A DNA stretch of 45,672 nucleotides from Nitrospirota bacterium. GTDB lineage: Bacteria > Nitrospirota > JACRHJ01. The translations under genes and the position numbers were made by a program. The notes beneath the pieces were generated by a model. It was given only the letters and a program-made list of their open reading frames with translations, ran no database searches and was not told the DNA's origin. Below are positions 25,109-33,038 of this stretch, one piece after another. The stretch lies in contig JAKAHE010000001.1 in the NCBI GenBank assembly GCA_021815285.1, positions 1-45,672 of the forward strand. The letters run 5' to 3'. Every line of letters begins with the position of its first letter. Within the stretch, counting starts at the first letter, position 1.

Positions 25109-25456
25109 TTAAAACAGCCCCGGAAGCCCGCCGCCCATGCCGCCCAAGCCGGGCAGACCCAGGCCGCCGGTAATCTTCCCCATCTCCTCGTTCATCATCT
25201 CCTGGGCCTTCCTGAGCGCCTCGTTCACAGCCGCGGCGACAAGGTCCTGGAGCATCTCTATGTCGTTCGGGTCTACCGCTTCTTTCTCGATCTTTATGGA
25301 AAGGATTTCCATTCTGCCGTTCGCGGTAACGCTTACCATGCCGCCGCCGGAGGAGGCCTCGACGGTCCTTGCCCCCGCTTCTTCCTGGGCCTTCTGCATC
25401 CTCTCCTGCATCATCTGGGCCTGTTTCATCAGGTTGCCAAGAAGTTTTTTAGACAT
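25109..25456 (-). CDS. ybaB: Nucleoid-associated protein YbaB/EbfC
   Basis: GNLMKQAQMMQERMQKAQEE...VDPNDIEMLQDLVAAAVNEAL. Confidence 0.95.
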   Translation of the reverse strand: MSKKLLGNLMKQAQMMQERMQKAQEEAGARTVEASSGGGMVSVTANGRMEILSIKIEKEAVDPNDIEMLQDLVAAAVNEALRKAQEMMNEEMGKITGGLGLPGLGGMGGGLPGLF

Positions 25457-25474
25457 TTATTCTCTCCCTATGGC

Positions 25475-25505
25475 GTCATTCCCGCGAAAGCGGGAATCCA
25501 GGAAT
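25475..25505. repeat. Repeat family B copy 3
   Basis: gtcattcccgcgaaagcgggaatccaggaat, in the ybaB-dnaX spacer. Confidence 0.85.
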
Positions 25506-25515
25506 TAAACCCCGG

Positions 25516-25540
25516 GTCCCCGATTAGAACATTCGGGGAC
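25516..25540. repeat. Palindromic hairpin adjacent to the family B copy
   Basis: gtccccga-ttagaacat-tcggggac (8-bp stem). Confidence 0.6.
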
Positions 25541-25567
25541 GACGAAAATAAATTAATGATTGCTGTT

Positions 25568-27235
25568 CTACTGATCCTGCTTAGGCTCCTCCACCTCGAC
25601 CGACTCTACGCCGAAAAGATCTACCGCCGCTTTGACTAACGGGTCCGAGAGCGCCTCCTGTCGCGTTTTTTCCCTGCGTGTGTGCTCCTTATCTTTCTTG
25701 TGGTCGGCAAGCGTCTTCTCCCTGCCGCTCCCGTTTATTACCTTTACCTTGAAACTGCCCAGAGCCTCCGCCACGCCATTTATAGCCTCAAGTTCTTCGG
25801 GCTTGAAGGGTATGCTGGAGTCGGTAACGGTCAGGATATTGCCCTTAAGCTCCTTCGGCGCGGCGACCTTCATCTTAGCCGCCAGGGGCATCTTCCCGGA
25901 GTCCTTTATAACCTCACGTATCCTGTCCCAGAGGTCTACGGCGGAAAGCTCGCCTTGAGGCTTCTGCGGTTTTTCGGGGTTTCTGTAATACGCCTCGGCC
26001 TCAGCTGCTTCGACAGCCCTCGATTTCCTGCCGCCAGGCGCATCTGCTGTCTCCGGTCTCCCGGAACCACCTGTCAGAATCCTGTCCGCCAGCCCTTTAT
26101 CCTTCAATTCCCGGACGCCCTTTATGACGTCTTCCACCGTCCCTATGGGGCGGGAGGCAGCCTTTACAAGGGCAAGCTCCAGGGAAATCCTCTTGTTTGC
26201 CGCATCCTTTATGTCCTCCACTGCGCGGGTAAGGAGGTTCAAGAGCCTAATCAGTTCCTCCGGGTGAACCCGCTTTGCCATTTCACGGTATTCGGCGACG
26301 TCCTGCGCGGGGAGGTCGAGCGTCCGCTCCGGATTCTTGGATATGCGGCAAATCATGATGTCGCGGAAAAACCCGGCAAGCTCTGCGGCGAATCTTCTTA
26401 AGTCGTGTCCTTTGTCAACGAGCGAATCGACGAGTTCTATGGCCCTGGCCGGGTCCTGGGCGATAATCGCCTCGCCAGTCTCACGGACAGCCGCGCGTCC
26501 GACGAGACCCAGGGTCTCGTCTATGTCGGCTTCTTTTATGCCTTCCGCGCCGCAGAATGAAATCACCTGGTCGAGCAGGCTGAGCGAGTCCCTGACGCTC
26601 CCTTCCGCCAGCGCCGCGAGACGTACCATGGCGCCGTCCTCAGCCGTAATTCCTTCCTTGTCGCACAGACTGCGCAGGTGCGCCTGTATGACGGTCTTCG
26701 GCACCCGGCGGAAGTCGTAGTGCTGGCAGCGGGAGAGTATCGTCGCCGGGAGCTTGTGCGGGTCGGTAGTCGCCAGGATGAACACGACGTGGGCGGGCGG
26801 CTCTTCCAGGGTTTTAAGGAGCGCGTTGAACGCCGCCCCGGAGAGCATGTGCACCTCGTCGATGATATATACCTTGTAACGCCCGCGTGCGGGCGCGTAT
26901 TTCACGTTCTCGCGGAGCTCCCGGACGTTGTCCACGCCGGTATTGGAGGCCGCGTCTATCTCCATCACGTCCACGGAAGAGCCCGCCGTAATCTCGCTGC
27001 ATGAGGCGCATTCCCCGCAGGGCGCGGGAGAAGGCCCTTTTTCGCAGTTAAGGGCCTTGGCGAGTATCCTTGCCGTGGTGGTTTTGCCCACCCCGCGCGT
27101 TCCGGAGAAAAGGAACGCGTGCGCTATCCGTTCCATGGACAGCGCGTTTGTCAGGCTCCTGGTCACATGCCCCTGCCCGACAACATCCTCGAAGCGCTGC
27201 GGACGATATTTGCGGGCAAGAACCGTGTAACTCAT
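25568..27235 (-). CDS. dnaX: DNA polymerase III subunit gamma/tau
   Basis: MSYTVLARKYRPQRFEDVVGQ, Walker A GTRGVGKTTTARI, zinc module CGECASC, DEVHML. Confidence 0.95.
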   Translation of the reverse strand: MSYTVLARKYRPQRFEDVVGQGHVTRSLTNALSMERIAHAFLFSGTRGVGKTTTARILAKALNCEKGPSPAPCGECASCSEITAGSSVDVMEIDAASNTGVDNVRELRENVKYAPARGRYKVYIIDEVHMLSGAAFNALLKTLEEPPAHVVFILATTDPHKLPATILSRCQHYDFRRVPKTVIQAHLRSLCDKEGITAEDGAMVRLAALAEGSVRDSLSLLDQVISFCGAEGIKEADIDETLGLVGRAAVRETGEAIIAQDPARAIELVDSLVDKGHDLRRFAAELAGFFRDIMICRISKNPERTLDLPAQDVAEYREMAKRVHPEELIRLLNLLTRAVEDIKDAANKRISLELALVKAASRPIGTVEDVIKGVRELKDKGLADRILTGGSGRPETADAPGGRKSRAVEAAEAEAYYRNPEKPQKPQGELSAVDLWDRIREVIKDSGKMPLAAKMKVAAPKELKGNILTVTDSSIPFKPEELEAINGVAEALGSFKVKVINGSGREKTLADHKKDKEHTRREKTRQEALSDPLVKAAVDLFGVESVEVEEPKQDQ

Positions 27236-27251
27236 TTAAAACTCCAATTTA

Positions 27252-27396
27252 CTTCAGCTATCGCAAGGACCGCCGGGCCAGGCTTTCCTGCGGCGCCCAG
27301 GAAGCTCCGCTTACCGCTGCTTCCTTCCGGACCTGACGGGGTTCACGGTTTCCTGCCGCGCAGAACCCGGCCCGGCGACCCGTATGATAGCTGAAG
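27252..27396 (-). ncRNA. ffs: Signal recognition particle RNA (small bacterial type)
   Basis: The minus strand contains cccgtCAGGTCCGGAAGGAAGCAGCggtaag, the conserved domain IV with GGAA tetraloop. The ends pair (cttcagctatc / gatagctgaag). Sits in the conserved position upstream of dnaX. Ends are approximate. Confidence 0.85.
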
Positions 27397-27442
27397 AAAC
27401 CCCGCCTTTTCCCCATTTAATAAGGCTGGGCGGGGGGATTTA

Positions 27443-27535
27443 TGGCGGAGAGGGTGGGAGTCGAACCCACGGTACACCTTTTGGGCATACACGCGATTTC
27501 CAGTCGCGCACCTTCGGCCACTCGGTCACCTCTCC
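27443..27535 (-). tRNA. tRNA-Ser (anticodon GGA)
   Basis: Minus strand GGAGAGGTGACCGAGTGG...CGCGA-CTGGAAA-TCGCG...long variable arm...GGTTCGACTCCCACCCTCTCCGCCA. 7-bp acceptor stem; CCA is encoded. Confidence 0.95.
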
Positions 27536-27552
27536 GTTAATTTGTAAATTCG

Positions 27553-27582
27553 TTACTTTTCTTTCGCGGGAAAGAAAAGTAA
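27553..27582. repeat. Perfect 13-bp hairpin in the tRNA-tRNA spacer
   Basis: ttacttttctttc-gcgg-gaaagaaaagtaa. Confidence 0.8.
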
Positions 27583-27616
27583 TCAAAAGAAAGCGAAACT
27601 GTACGGCTTTTCTTTG

Positions 27617-27648
27617 GTTACTTTCTTTTCACTTGAAAAGAAAGTAAC
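27617..27648. repeat. Perfect 14-bp hairpin abutting the 3' end of tRNA-Ser(CGA), related in sequence to the hairpin at 27553-27582
   Basis: gttactttcttttc-actt-gaaaagaaagtaac. Confidence 0.8.
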
Positions 27649-27738
27649 TGGCGGAGAGAGAGGGATTTGAACCCCCGGTGGAGTCACCCCCACAGTTGAT
27701 TTCGAGTCAACCGCCTTCGACCACTCGGCCATCTCTCC
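27649..27738 (-). tRNA. tRNA-Ser (anticodon CGA)
   Basis: Minus strand GGAGAGATGGCCGAGTGGTCGAAGGCG-GTTGA-CTCGAAA-TCAAC...variable arm...GGGGGTTCAAATCCCTCTCTCTCCGCCA. Confidence 0.95.
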
Positions 27739-27751
27739 CGAGGAATCTGTT

Positions 27752-27781
27752 TTTATAATATATAACAGGTATGAAAGTCAA
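27752..27781 (-). promoter_or_regulatory. Candidate sigma70-type promoter for the tRNA-Ser genes
   Basis: Minus strand TTGACT-N18-TATAAA (or N17-TTATAA), ending about 13 nt before the mature tRNA 5' end. Confidence 0.5.
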
Positions 27782-28025
27782 CTGCCAAAAGCGGGATATA
27801 CTAAAAAAAACAGGACCGGCCTGCGCGGCTGATAAACTGGGGGCAGGATGGTCCGGATGATTAATGATTCAAACGGCTGCCGCAGGCCGAAAACATGCGG
27901 CTTTAAACCTGATTATCTCTACAAACTACGTTATTTTACCAGTAGTACGGGTTTGTTGCAAGAATAATTATCATTAGATGCCACTGCATAAGACCGTATT
28001 CATTTTTAATATTTTTTCCATTGAC

Positions 28026-28076
28026 AGCGTAAAAAAAATACATTAAGCTTCGCCTTTATAAAAATTTTTTTACGCT
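28026..28076. promoter_or_regulatory. 12-nt perfect inverted repeat bracketing the likely promoter of the Mor-like gene
   Basis: agcgtaaaaaaa (28026-28037) and tttttttacgct (28065-28076). TTGACA at 28021-28026 lies immediately upstream; the ATG is at 28094, after aaaggagg. Confidence 0.4.
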
Positions 28077-28093
28077 AAAAGGAGGCTCTGGCA

Positions 28094-28372
28094 ATGGCAA
28101 TACAACAGTACGAAGACCTGCCGGTATCTTATCTTCCGGAAATCTACCGCGACGTTGTGGATAAGGTGGGGCTTGAGGCGGCCCTTGCCCTGGGCGAGGA
28201 GTTCGGCGGGATGTCGCTGTACCTGCCTAAGATTGAAACAGCCCTGAGGCGTTGGCGCGACAAGAACATCCGTACTGAGTTCGACGGCACAAACGTCGTC
28301 AAACTGGCCCGGAAATACAGAATAACTCCTTCCAGGATAAGACAGATACTGGGGGCGAGAGAGGAAAAATAG
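28094..28372 (+). CDS. Mor-family (phage Mu middle-operon-regulator-like) small HTH transcription activator
   Basis: 92 aa. The C-terminal FDGTNVVKLARKYRITPSRIRQIL matches the Mor-family HTH pattern. Strong Shine-Dalgarno sequence. Confidence 0.6.
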   Translation: MAIQQYEDLPVSYLPEIYRDVVDKVGLEAALALGEEFGGMSLYLPKIETALRRWRDKNIRTEFDGTNVVKLARKYRITPSRIRQILGAREEK

Positions 28373-28461
28373 CTTGACAAACCTGGGGGCCTAACCTATT
28401 ATTCTGGTTAGTTTCGGGGCGGTTTTTGCCGCCCCGCGCCCCATTTTCAAGGCCCCCGGGA

Positions 28462-29436
28462 ATGACCATCACCGACGTCTTCGAGAGCTATAAAAGCGAC
28501 CTCCTGCGGGTCGAAAACGAGATACAGGCGGGTCTTCAGTCAAAGGCCGTCCTGATCAGGCAGGTCGGAAACTACCTCCTCCAGGGCGGCGGGAAGAGAA
28601 TCCGTCCGCTCCTGCTGATGATATCCGCAAACCTCTGCGGCAATCCAGGCCCCCAGGCGGTCAACATGGCCGCCATGGTGGAGTTTATCCACACCGCGAG
28701 TCTGCTGCACGACGACGTCGTGGACGGCGCGGAAATCCGCCGCGGCCAGCCCGCCGCCAACAACCTCTGGGGCAACCAGGCCACCGTACTGATAGGCGAT
28801 TTCCTTTACTCGAAGGCCCTGCACGACTCCGTAAAGCTCGAGAACCAGGCCGTGCTCGAGTCCATCTCCTTTGCCACCCAGACCATGTCCGAGGGCGAGG
28901 TGCTTCAGCTTCTGAAGACCGGCGACCCCGACACAACCGAAGAAGAATACATGGAGATAATCGAGGCCAAGACCGCCGCCCTCATATCCTCCGCCTGCCG
29001 GATAGGCGCCATCCTGGGCGGGATGCCGATGGAAAAGGAAGAGGCGCTGGCAGGCTACGGCATGGACATCGGGCGCGCGTTTCAGCTTCTCGACGACACG
29101 CTCGATTATACCGCAAAAGAGGACAAGCTGGGCAAGGCCCTCGGAAAAGACCTCGGAGAAGGAAAGCTCACCCTCCCGCTCATACACCTGATAAACAGTT
29201 CCTCGCCCGAAGAGATGTTGCGAATAAAAAAGATAATACATGAGCAGTCCCAGAACAGGGAAGACCTCGAATATATCCTCTCGCTCATGCGGGAGCGCCG
29301 CTCAGCCGAATACGCGGTTGACAGGGCAACGAGCTATATCGAGCGCGCCAAGGGCAGGCTCTCCGTCTTCCCCGCCTCCCCTCACAAGGACGCCCTTTAC
29401 GCCGTCGCGGACTACGTGGTGGAAAGAGAGATGTAA
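28462..29436 (+). CDS. Long-chain polyprenyl diphosphate synthase (IspB/HepT family)
   Basis: Trimmed to the ATG at 28462. First Asp-rich motif [15 protein letters not shown], second [10 protein letters not shown]. Confidence 0.9.
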   Translation: MTITDVFESYKSDLLRVENEIQAGLQSKAVLIRQVGNYLLQGGGKRIRPLLLMISANLCGNPGPQAVNMAAMVEFIHTASLLHDDVVDGAEIRRGQPAANNLWGNQATVLIGDFLYSKALHDSVKLENQAVLESISFATQTMSEGEVLQLLKTGDPDTTEEEYMEIIEAKTAALISSACRIGAILGGMPMEKEEALAGYGMDIGRAFQLLDDTLDYTAKEDKLGKALGKDLGEGKLTLPLIHLINSSSPEEMLRIKKIIHEQSQNREDLEYILSLMRERRSAEYAVDRATSYIERAKGRLSVFPASPHKDALYAVADYVVEREM

Positions 29437-29437
29437 C

Positions 29438-29992
29438 ATGGCGCCGCCATCTGCCGGACTGTCCTCCTGCCGCAACCGCCACGGGCATCACCCCCTGGTA
29501 AAACTCGCAATAGAAGCAATCGAGGCATACGTAAAGGAACGCCGCGTCATAGAGCCGCCAACGGAAACCGTGCCTGAAATGTCCGAAAAGGCCGGCGTCT
29601 TCGTATGCCTGAAAAAGGGCGGGGAGCTTCGCGGATGCATCGGGACATTCATGCCGACGACACAGGATGTTGCGCACGAGGTAATACAGAATTCAATATC
29701 CGCCGCCACGGAAGACCCGCGCTTTGCCTGCGTGGACTGCGCCGAGCTTCCAGGCCTCGATTATTCCGTGGACGTCCTGAGCCCTCCTGAGCCTGTAAAG
29801 AGCCTCTCCGAACTCGACCCGAAAAAATACGGCGTCATAGTCTCATCCGGCGGCAGGCGCGGGCTTCTCCTCCCCGACATCGAGGGCGTAAACACAGTGG
29901 AGGAGCAGATTGCCATAGCCAAACACAAGGCCGGGATCGCCGCTACAGAGCCGGTCATACTGCACCGGTTCGAGGTAAAGAGATACGAATAG
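29438..29992 (+). CDS. AMMECR1-domain protein
   Basis: Trimmed to the ATG at 29438, 1 nt after the upstream stop. Contains LRGCIGTF and GLLLPD motifs. Confidence 0.85.
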   Translation: MAPPSAGLSSCRNRHGHHPLVKLAIEAIEAYVKERRVIEPPTETVPEMSEKAGVFVCLKKGGELRGCIGTFMPTTQDVAHEVIQNSISAATEDPRFACVDCAELPGLDYSVDVLSPPEPVKSLSELDPKKYGVIVSSGGRRGLLLPDIEGVNTVEEQIAIAKHKAGIAATEPVILHRFEVKRYE

Positions 29993-29994
29993 CC

Positions 29995-30510
29995 ATGGGA
30001 AAAAATCCGGCGGAACTTATACAGGCATCGGGGGCGGACAATAATGTCCGCCCTGTTGGTTCGCGCCGGGATTTTCTGAAGGCCGGCATACTGGCCGCCT
30101 CAGGCATTATCGCGGCGGCGGCGGCCTGGCCACTGGCAAGGCTTGCCATGCGGAAAACGCCATGGACTCCGCCGGTATTCGTCGATGCGGTAATGCTCGC
30201 CGATATGCCTGAGGTCGGCGTCAAGATGGTCGATTTATCCCTGACAAAGGGCGGCAGGCCGGACGCCCGCGTGTTCGTAAAGAGAACCCCTGATGGCAGC
30301 ATAATCGCGCTATCCGCAGTATGCTCGCACCTGGGCTGCATAGTGAACTACGACAGGCTGAAAGACCAGTTCGTCTGCCCGTGCCACGGCGGGAGATACG
30401 ACGGAAACGGAAAGAACATCTCCGGCCCTCCGCCCGCGCCGCTTGCGAGGCTCCCCGTTCGCATCGCCGGCGCTTACATACAGGTGGGGATAAGAAGGCC
30501 GCCCGTATGA
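29995..30510 (+). CDS. Rieske [2Fe-2S] subunit of a cytochrome bc/b6f-type complex, Tat-exported
   Basis: Twin-arginine signal SRRDFLKAG; Rieske boxes CSHLGC and CPCHGG. Confidence 0.9.
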   Translation: MGKNPAELIQASGADNNVRPVGSRRDFLKAGILAASGIIAAAAAWPLARLAMRKTPWTPPVFVDAVMLADMPEVGVKMVDLSLTKGGRPDARVFVKRTPDGSIIALSAVCSHLGCIVNYDRLKDQFVCPCHGGRYDGNGKNISGPPPAPLARLPVRIAGAYIQVGIRRPPV

Positions 30511-31172
30511 ACAATCCCTTTTCCATAATCGACAGCCGTCTGAACTTAAGCCGCCACTACCGCAGGATATTCGAGCGGCCCCTGCCTGAAGGCGTTACGT
30601 ATTTCTACTGCCTTGGCGGCATAGCGTTCTTTTTTCTGCTTGTCCTGACGTTCACCGGCGTCGTCCTTTCCTTCTACTACGTCCCCTCTGCGTCTGAGGC
30701 GTACAAGACCATCCGCTTCATAGACGGCGGGCTCCCCGGCGGGGCATCGATGCCCGGCGGGTGGCTTATGCGCGCGCTGCACGTCTGGGCGGCCTCGGGG
30801 ATGGTCGCGGCGGTGACTGCGCACATGCTCCGCGTATACATCACCGGCTCGTATAAGCCGCCGAGGGAACTTAACTGGATCGTCGGCGTGACGCTCTTTG
30901 TCCTCACGATGGCGTTCGGTTTCTCAGGGTATCTTCTGCCGTGGGATCAGAAGGCATACTGGGCGACGACCGTCGGCACGGCCATGCCATCAACTATTCC
31001 TCTTGTAGGCCATTTTATAATGCAACTCCTCCGGGGCGGAGACGACGTAAGCGGTATAACGCTTCTCCGCTTCTACGTCATGCACGTGTACATACTTCCT
31101 CTCGTTTCGATATTTTTATTGTGGGCGCATTTCCACATGATTCGAAGGCAGGGCATAAGCGGGGGGCTGTAG
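30507..31172 (+). CDS. Cytochrome b6-type (N-terminal half of cytochrome b)
   Basis: Trimmed to the ATG at 30507 (ATGA overlap with the Rieske stop). Heme ligand pairs are H-x13-H (LHVWAASGMVAAVTAH) and H-x14-H (MHVYILPLVSIFLLWAH); the x14 spacing is the b6 type. Confidence 0.9.
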   Translation: MNNPFSIIDSRLNLSRHYRRIFERPLPEGVTYFYCLGGIAFFFLLVLTFTGVVLSFYYVPSASEAYKTIRFIDGGLPGGASMPGGWLMRALHVWAASGMVAAVTAHMLRVYITGSYKPPRELNWIVGVTLFVLTMAFGFSGYLLPWDQKAYWATTVGTAMPSTIPLVGHFIMQLLRGGDDVSGITLLRFYVMHVYILPLVSIFLLWAHFHMIRRQGISGGL

Positions 31173-31552
31173 TGGATAAAAATCAGAAAAAATTCTACCC
31201 GGATTATCTGTTCGAGATTCTGCTCGTCTGCCTCTTCGCGCTGGAGGGCGTGCTGATAATCTCATATATATTCCCGCCGGTGACGGGAAGCCCCGTGGAC
31301 TTCTCGCGCAACTTCCTGCCGCGCCCCGAGTGGTATTTCCTCGCGCTCTACCAGATGTTCAAATACTTCCCGGGGCCTCTCGCGTTCCTTGGTGTCGCGG
31401 TTATTCCGGCGGCGATTTTATTCCTTATTTTTGCGCTCCCGTTCCTCGAAAAGACGCATTCCAGAAGGCTTCGGGACAGGAAATTTTCCGCGCTTGTTGC
31501 GGCTGTCCTTCTCGTATCCGCCGTCGTCCTGACCGTCCTGTCGTATTTCTGA
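31172..31552 (+). CDS. Cytochrome bc complex subunit IV-like (C-terminal half of cytochrome b)
   Basis: GTG start at 31172 overlaps the TAG of the b6 gene. Has the Qo-site PEWYFL motif and three hydrophobic helices. Confidence 0.8.
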   Translation: MDKNQKKFYPDYLFEILLVCLFALEGVLIISYIFPPVTGSPVDFSRNFLPRPEWYFLALYQMFKYFPGPLAFLGVAVIPAAILFLIFALPFLEKTHSRRLRDRKFSALVAAVLLVSAVVLTVLSYF

Positions 31553-31630
31553 TTTTCTGCTATACTCTCTTGATACAGCAGGCGGGAGCGGGGCATTTCC
31601 TCCCGCGGGGATTAACACAGGAGGTGCATC

Positions 31631-31954
31631 ATGCCGGTATATGTGACGCTTTACAAGTTCACCGAGCAGGGCATAAGGAACATGAAGGATTCGCCGAAGA
31701 GGGTGGAGAAATTAAAAGAGGAATTCAAAAAGGCCGGAGCTAACATCAAGGAGTTCTATGCGCTGATGGGCCAGTACGATACCATGATCATCGCCGAGGC
31801 GCCTAACGAGGAGGTCATCACGAAGCTGAACCTCATGATAGACGCGACGGGAAACGTGACTTCCCAGACGATGCGCGCCTTCAGCGAAAACGACTGGAAG
31901 AAGATGGTCCAGGAGGCGGCCCAGTGGACATCTGAGCTTGCCAAGGCCGCGTAA
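31631..31954 (+). CDS. GYD-domain protein
   Basis: MPVYVTLYKFTEQG...LMGQYDTMIIAEAP matches the GYD family pattern. Shine-Dalgarno sequence caggagg. Confidence 0.8.
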   Translation: MPVYVTLYKFTEQGIRNMKDSPKRVEKLKEEFKKAGANIKEFYALMGQYDTMIIAEAPNEEVITKLNLMIDATGNVTSQTMRAFSENDWKKMVQEAAQWTSELAKAA

Positions 31955-31980
31955 AAGAAGGGGCTATCGCCCCTTCTTTT
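31953..31980. terminator. Bidirectional intrinsic terminator between convergent genes
   Basis: aaaagaaggggc-tatc-gccccttctttt forms a 12-bp stem with A/T runs on both sides. It overlaps the last codons of the DUF2304 gene. Confidence 0.6.
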
Positions 31981-32320
31981 CCAGTTCCTCTATCCTCTGC
32001 TTCAGGAGCGCGACTTCCTGGCTCAGCGTCTTGTTCCGCTCCGAGAGCTTTGATATTACCACGGAAAACTGGAGCGCGATGAGCGTCAGGAAGAAAAACG
32101 CGAGAATGAAAAAAGCCGTAGGAGAGTAGTATATGCCCATGGCATGACCAAAGGAATCCAGAAGCCCGGGAATAGTCGATACGGCAAACAGGGCAAGCGA
32201 CGTGAAGAGCCAGACGAGCGAGTATTTTTCCTTGAGCCGCCTTCTGCGCACAAGCTCGAATATCAGTATCAGAAGACCAACGCTGCCGATGACGGAGAAT
32301 ATCTGAATCCTTTCATGCAT
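31964..32320 (-). CDS. DUF2304-family small membrane protein
   Basis: Trimmed to the ATG at 32320 (8-nt overlap with the upstream GT2). VRRRRLKEKYSLVWL, then hydrophobic helices and a C-terminal coiled coil, as in DUF2304 proteins that accompany GT2 genes. Confidence 0.75.
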   Translation of the reverse strand: MHERIQIFSVIGSVGLLILIFELVRRRRLKEKYSLVWLFTSLALFAVSTIPGLLDSFGHAMGIYYSPTAFFILAFFFLTLIALQFSVVISKLSERNKTLSQEVALLKQRIEELEKKGR

Positions 32321-33038
32321 CCCGACCCTCCAGTTCCGGCTTCTTCCGGACAAGCCATATAAAAAGCACCATCATTACCTTGACCATATAGTAGACGGAT
32401 TTTATCGGCGTAATGGAGGAATGGCCTCCGCCCCTCGCCCTCATCTTCACAGGCTCCTCGGAAATCCTGAAGCCGGCAAGATGTGCCAGGAGCAGGCTCT
32501 CCACCTCCGGGTAATCGTCGGGATATTCCTGTGCGAAAAGCCTTATAGTCTTCCTGTTGCAGGCCCTGAAGCCTGAGGTCGGATCAGTGAGCCTGTGCCC
32601 GGTCATGACGGATAGAACACGGGCAAAGAGGGAGATACCTATCCTGCGCATTCTCGTTGATTTGAATCCATCGGAGTCGGACCGGCCAATAAACCTCGAT
32701 CCGACTACTATCTCGGCATTCCCGGCCATTACCGGCCCGATTATCACAGCTAATTCGGAAGGGTCGTGCTGGCCATCGCCGTCCACCTGCACCGCGATGT
32801 CATAACCTCCCTGCTCCGCATACCTGTAACCGGCCTGGACCGCCGCCCCGATCCCCATATTGAACGGGAGGTTTACGACAGCGGCGCCGGACGCCGCCGC
32901 GACGGAGGCGGTGGCATCTACCGAGCCGTCGCTTATGACCACGACGTCCGCCTCCGGCATCGCCGAATGAATCTCCGCCACGACCTTCCCTACCGTGGCC
33001 TCTTCGTTATATGCCGGGATTATCGCAATGAGCCTCAT
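32313..33038 (-). CDS. Glycosyltransferase family 2 (small, soluble type)
   Basis: IAIIPAYNEEATVGKVV...VISDGSVDAT...VQVDGDGQHDP. Confidence 0.85.
   Translation of the reverse strand: MRLIAIIPAYNEEATVGKVVAEIHSAMPEADVVVISDGSVDATASVAAASGAAVVNLPFNMGIGAAVQAGYRYAEQGGYDIAVQVDGDGQHDPSELAVIIGPVMAGNAEIVVGSRFIGRSDSDGFKSTRMRRIGISLFARVLSVMTGHRLTDPTSGFRACNRKTIRLFAQEYPDDYPEVESLLLAHLAGFRISEEPVKMRARGGGHSSITPIKSVYYMVKVMMVLFIWLVRKKPELEGRDA

Noticed and set aside
25568-27235. Programmed -1 frameshift site in dnaX (gamma subunit production)
   Set aside because: The only A-runs I found on the coding strand are near 25666-25671 and 27036-27041. They are not in-frame A AAA AAG heptamers and are not at the mid-gene position where the known frameshift occurs.
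27397-27442. Terminator between tRNA-Ser(GGA) and the SRP RNA
   Set aside because: ccccgcc/ggcgggg can pair but would enclose a loop of about 20 nt. That is too weak to call.
27443-28372. Integrated prophage or genomic island at the tRNA-Ser genes
   Set aside because: There is no integrase, no visible duplicated tRNA 3' segment, and no other phage genes. Only the small Mor-like gene and an AT-rich spacer are present. Downstream genes are core respiratory functions.
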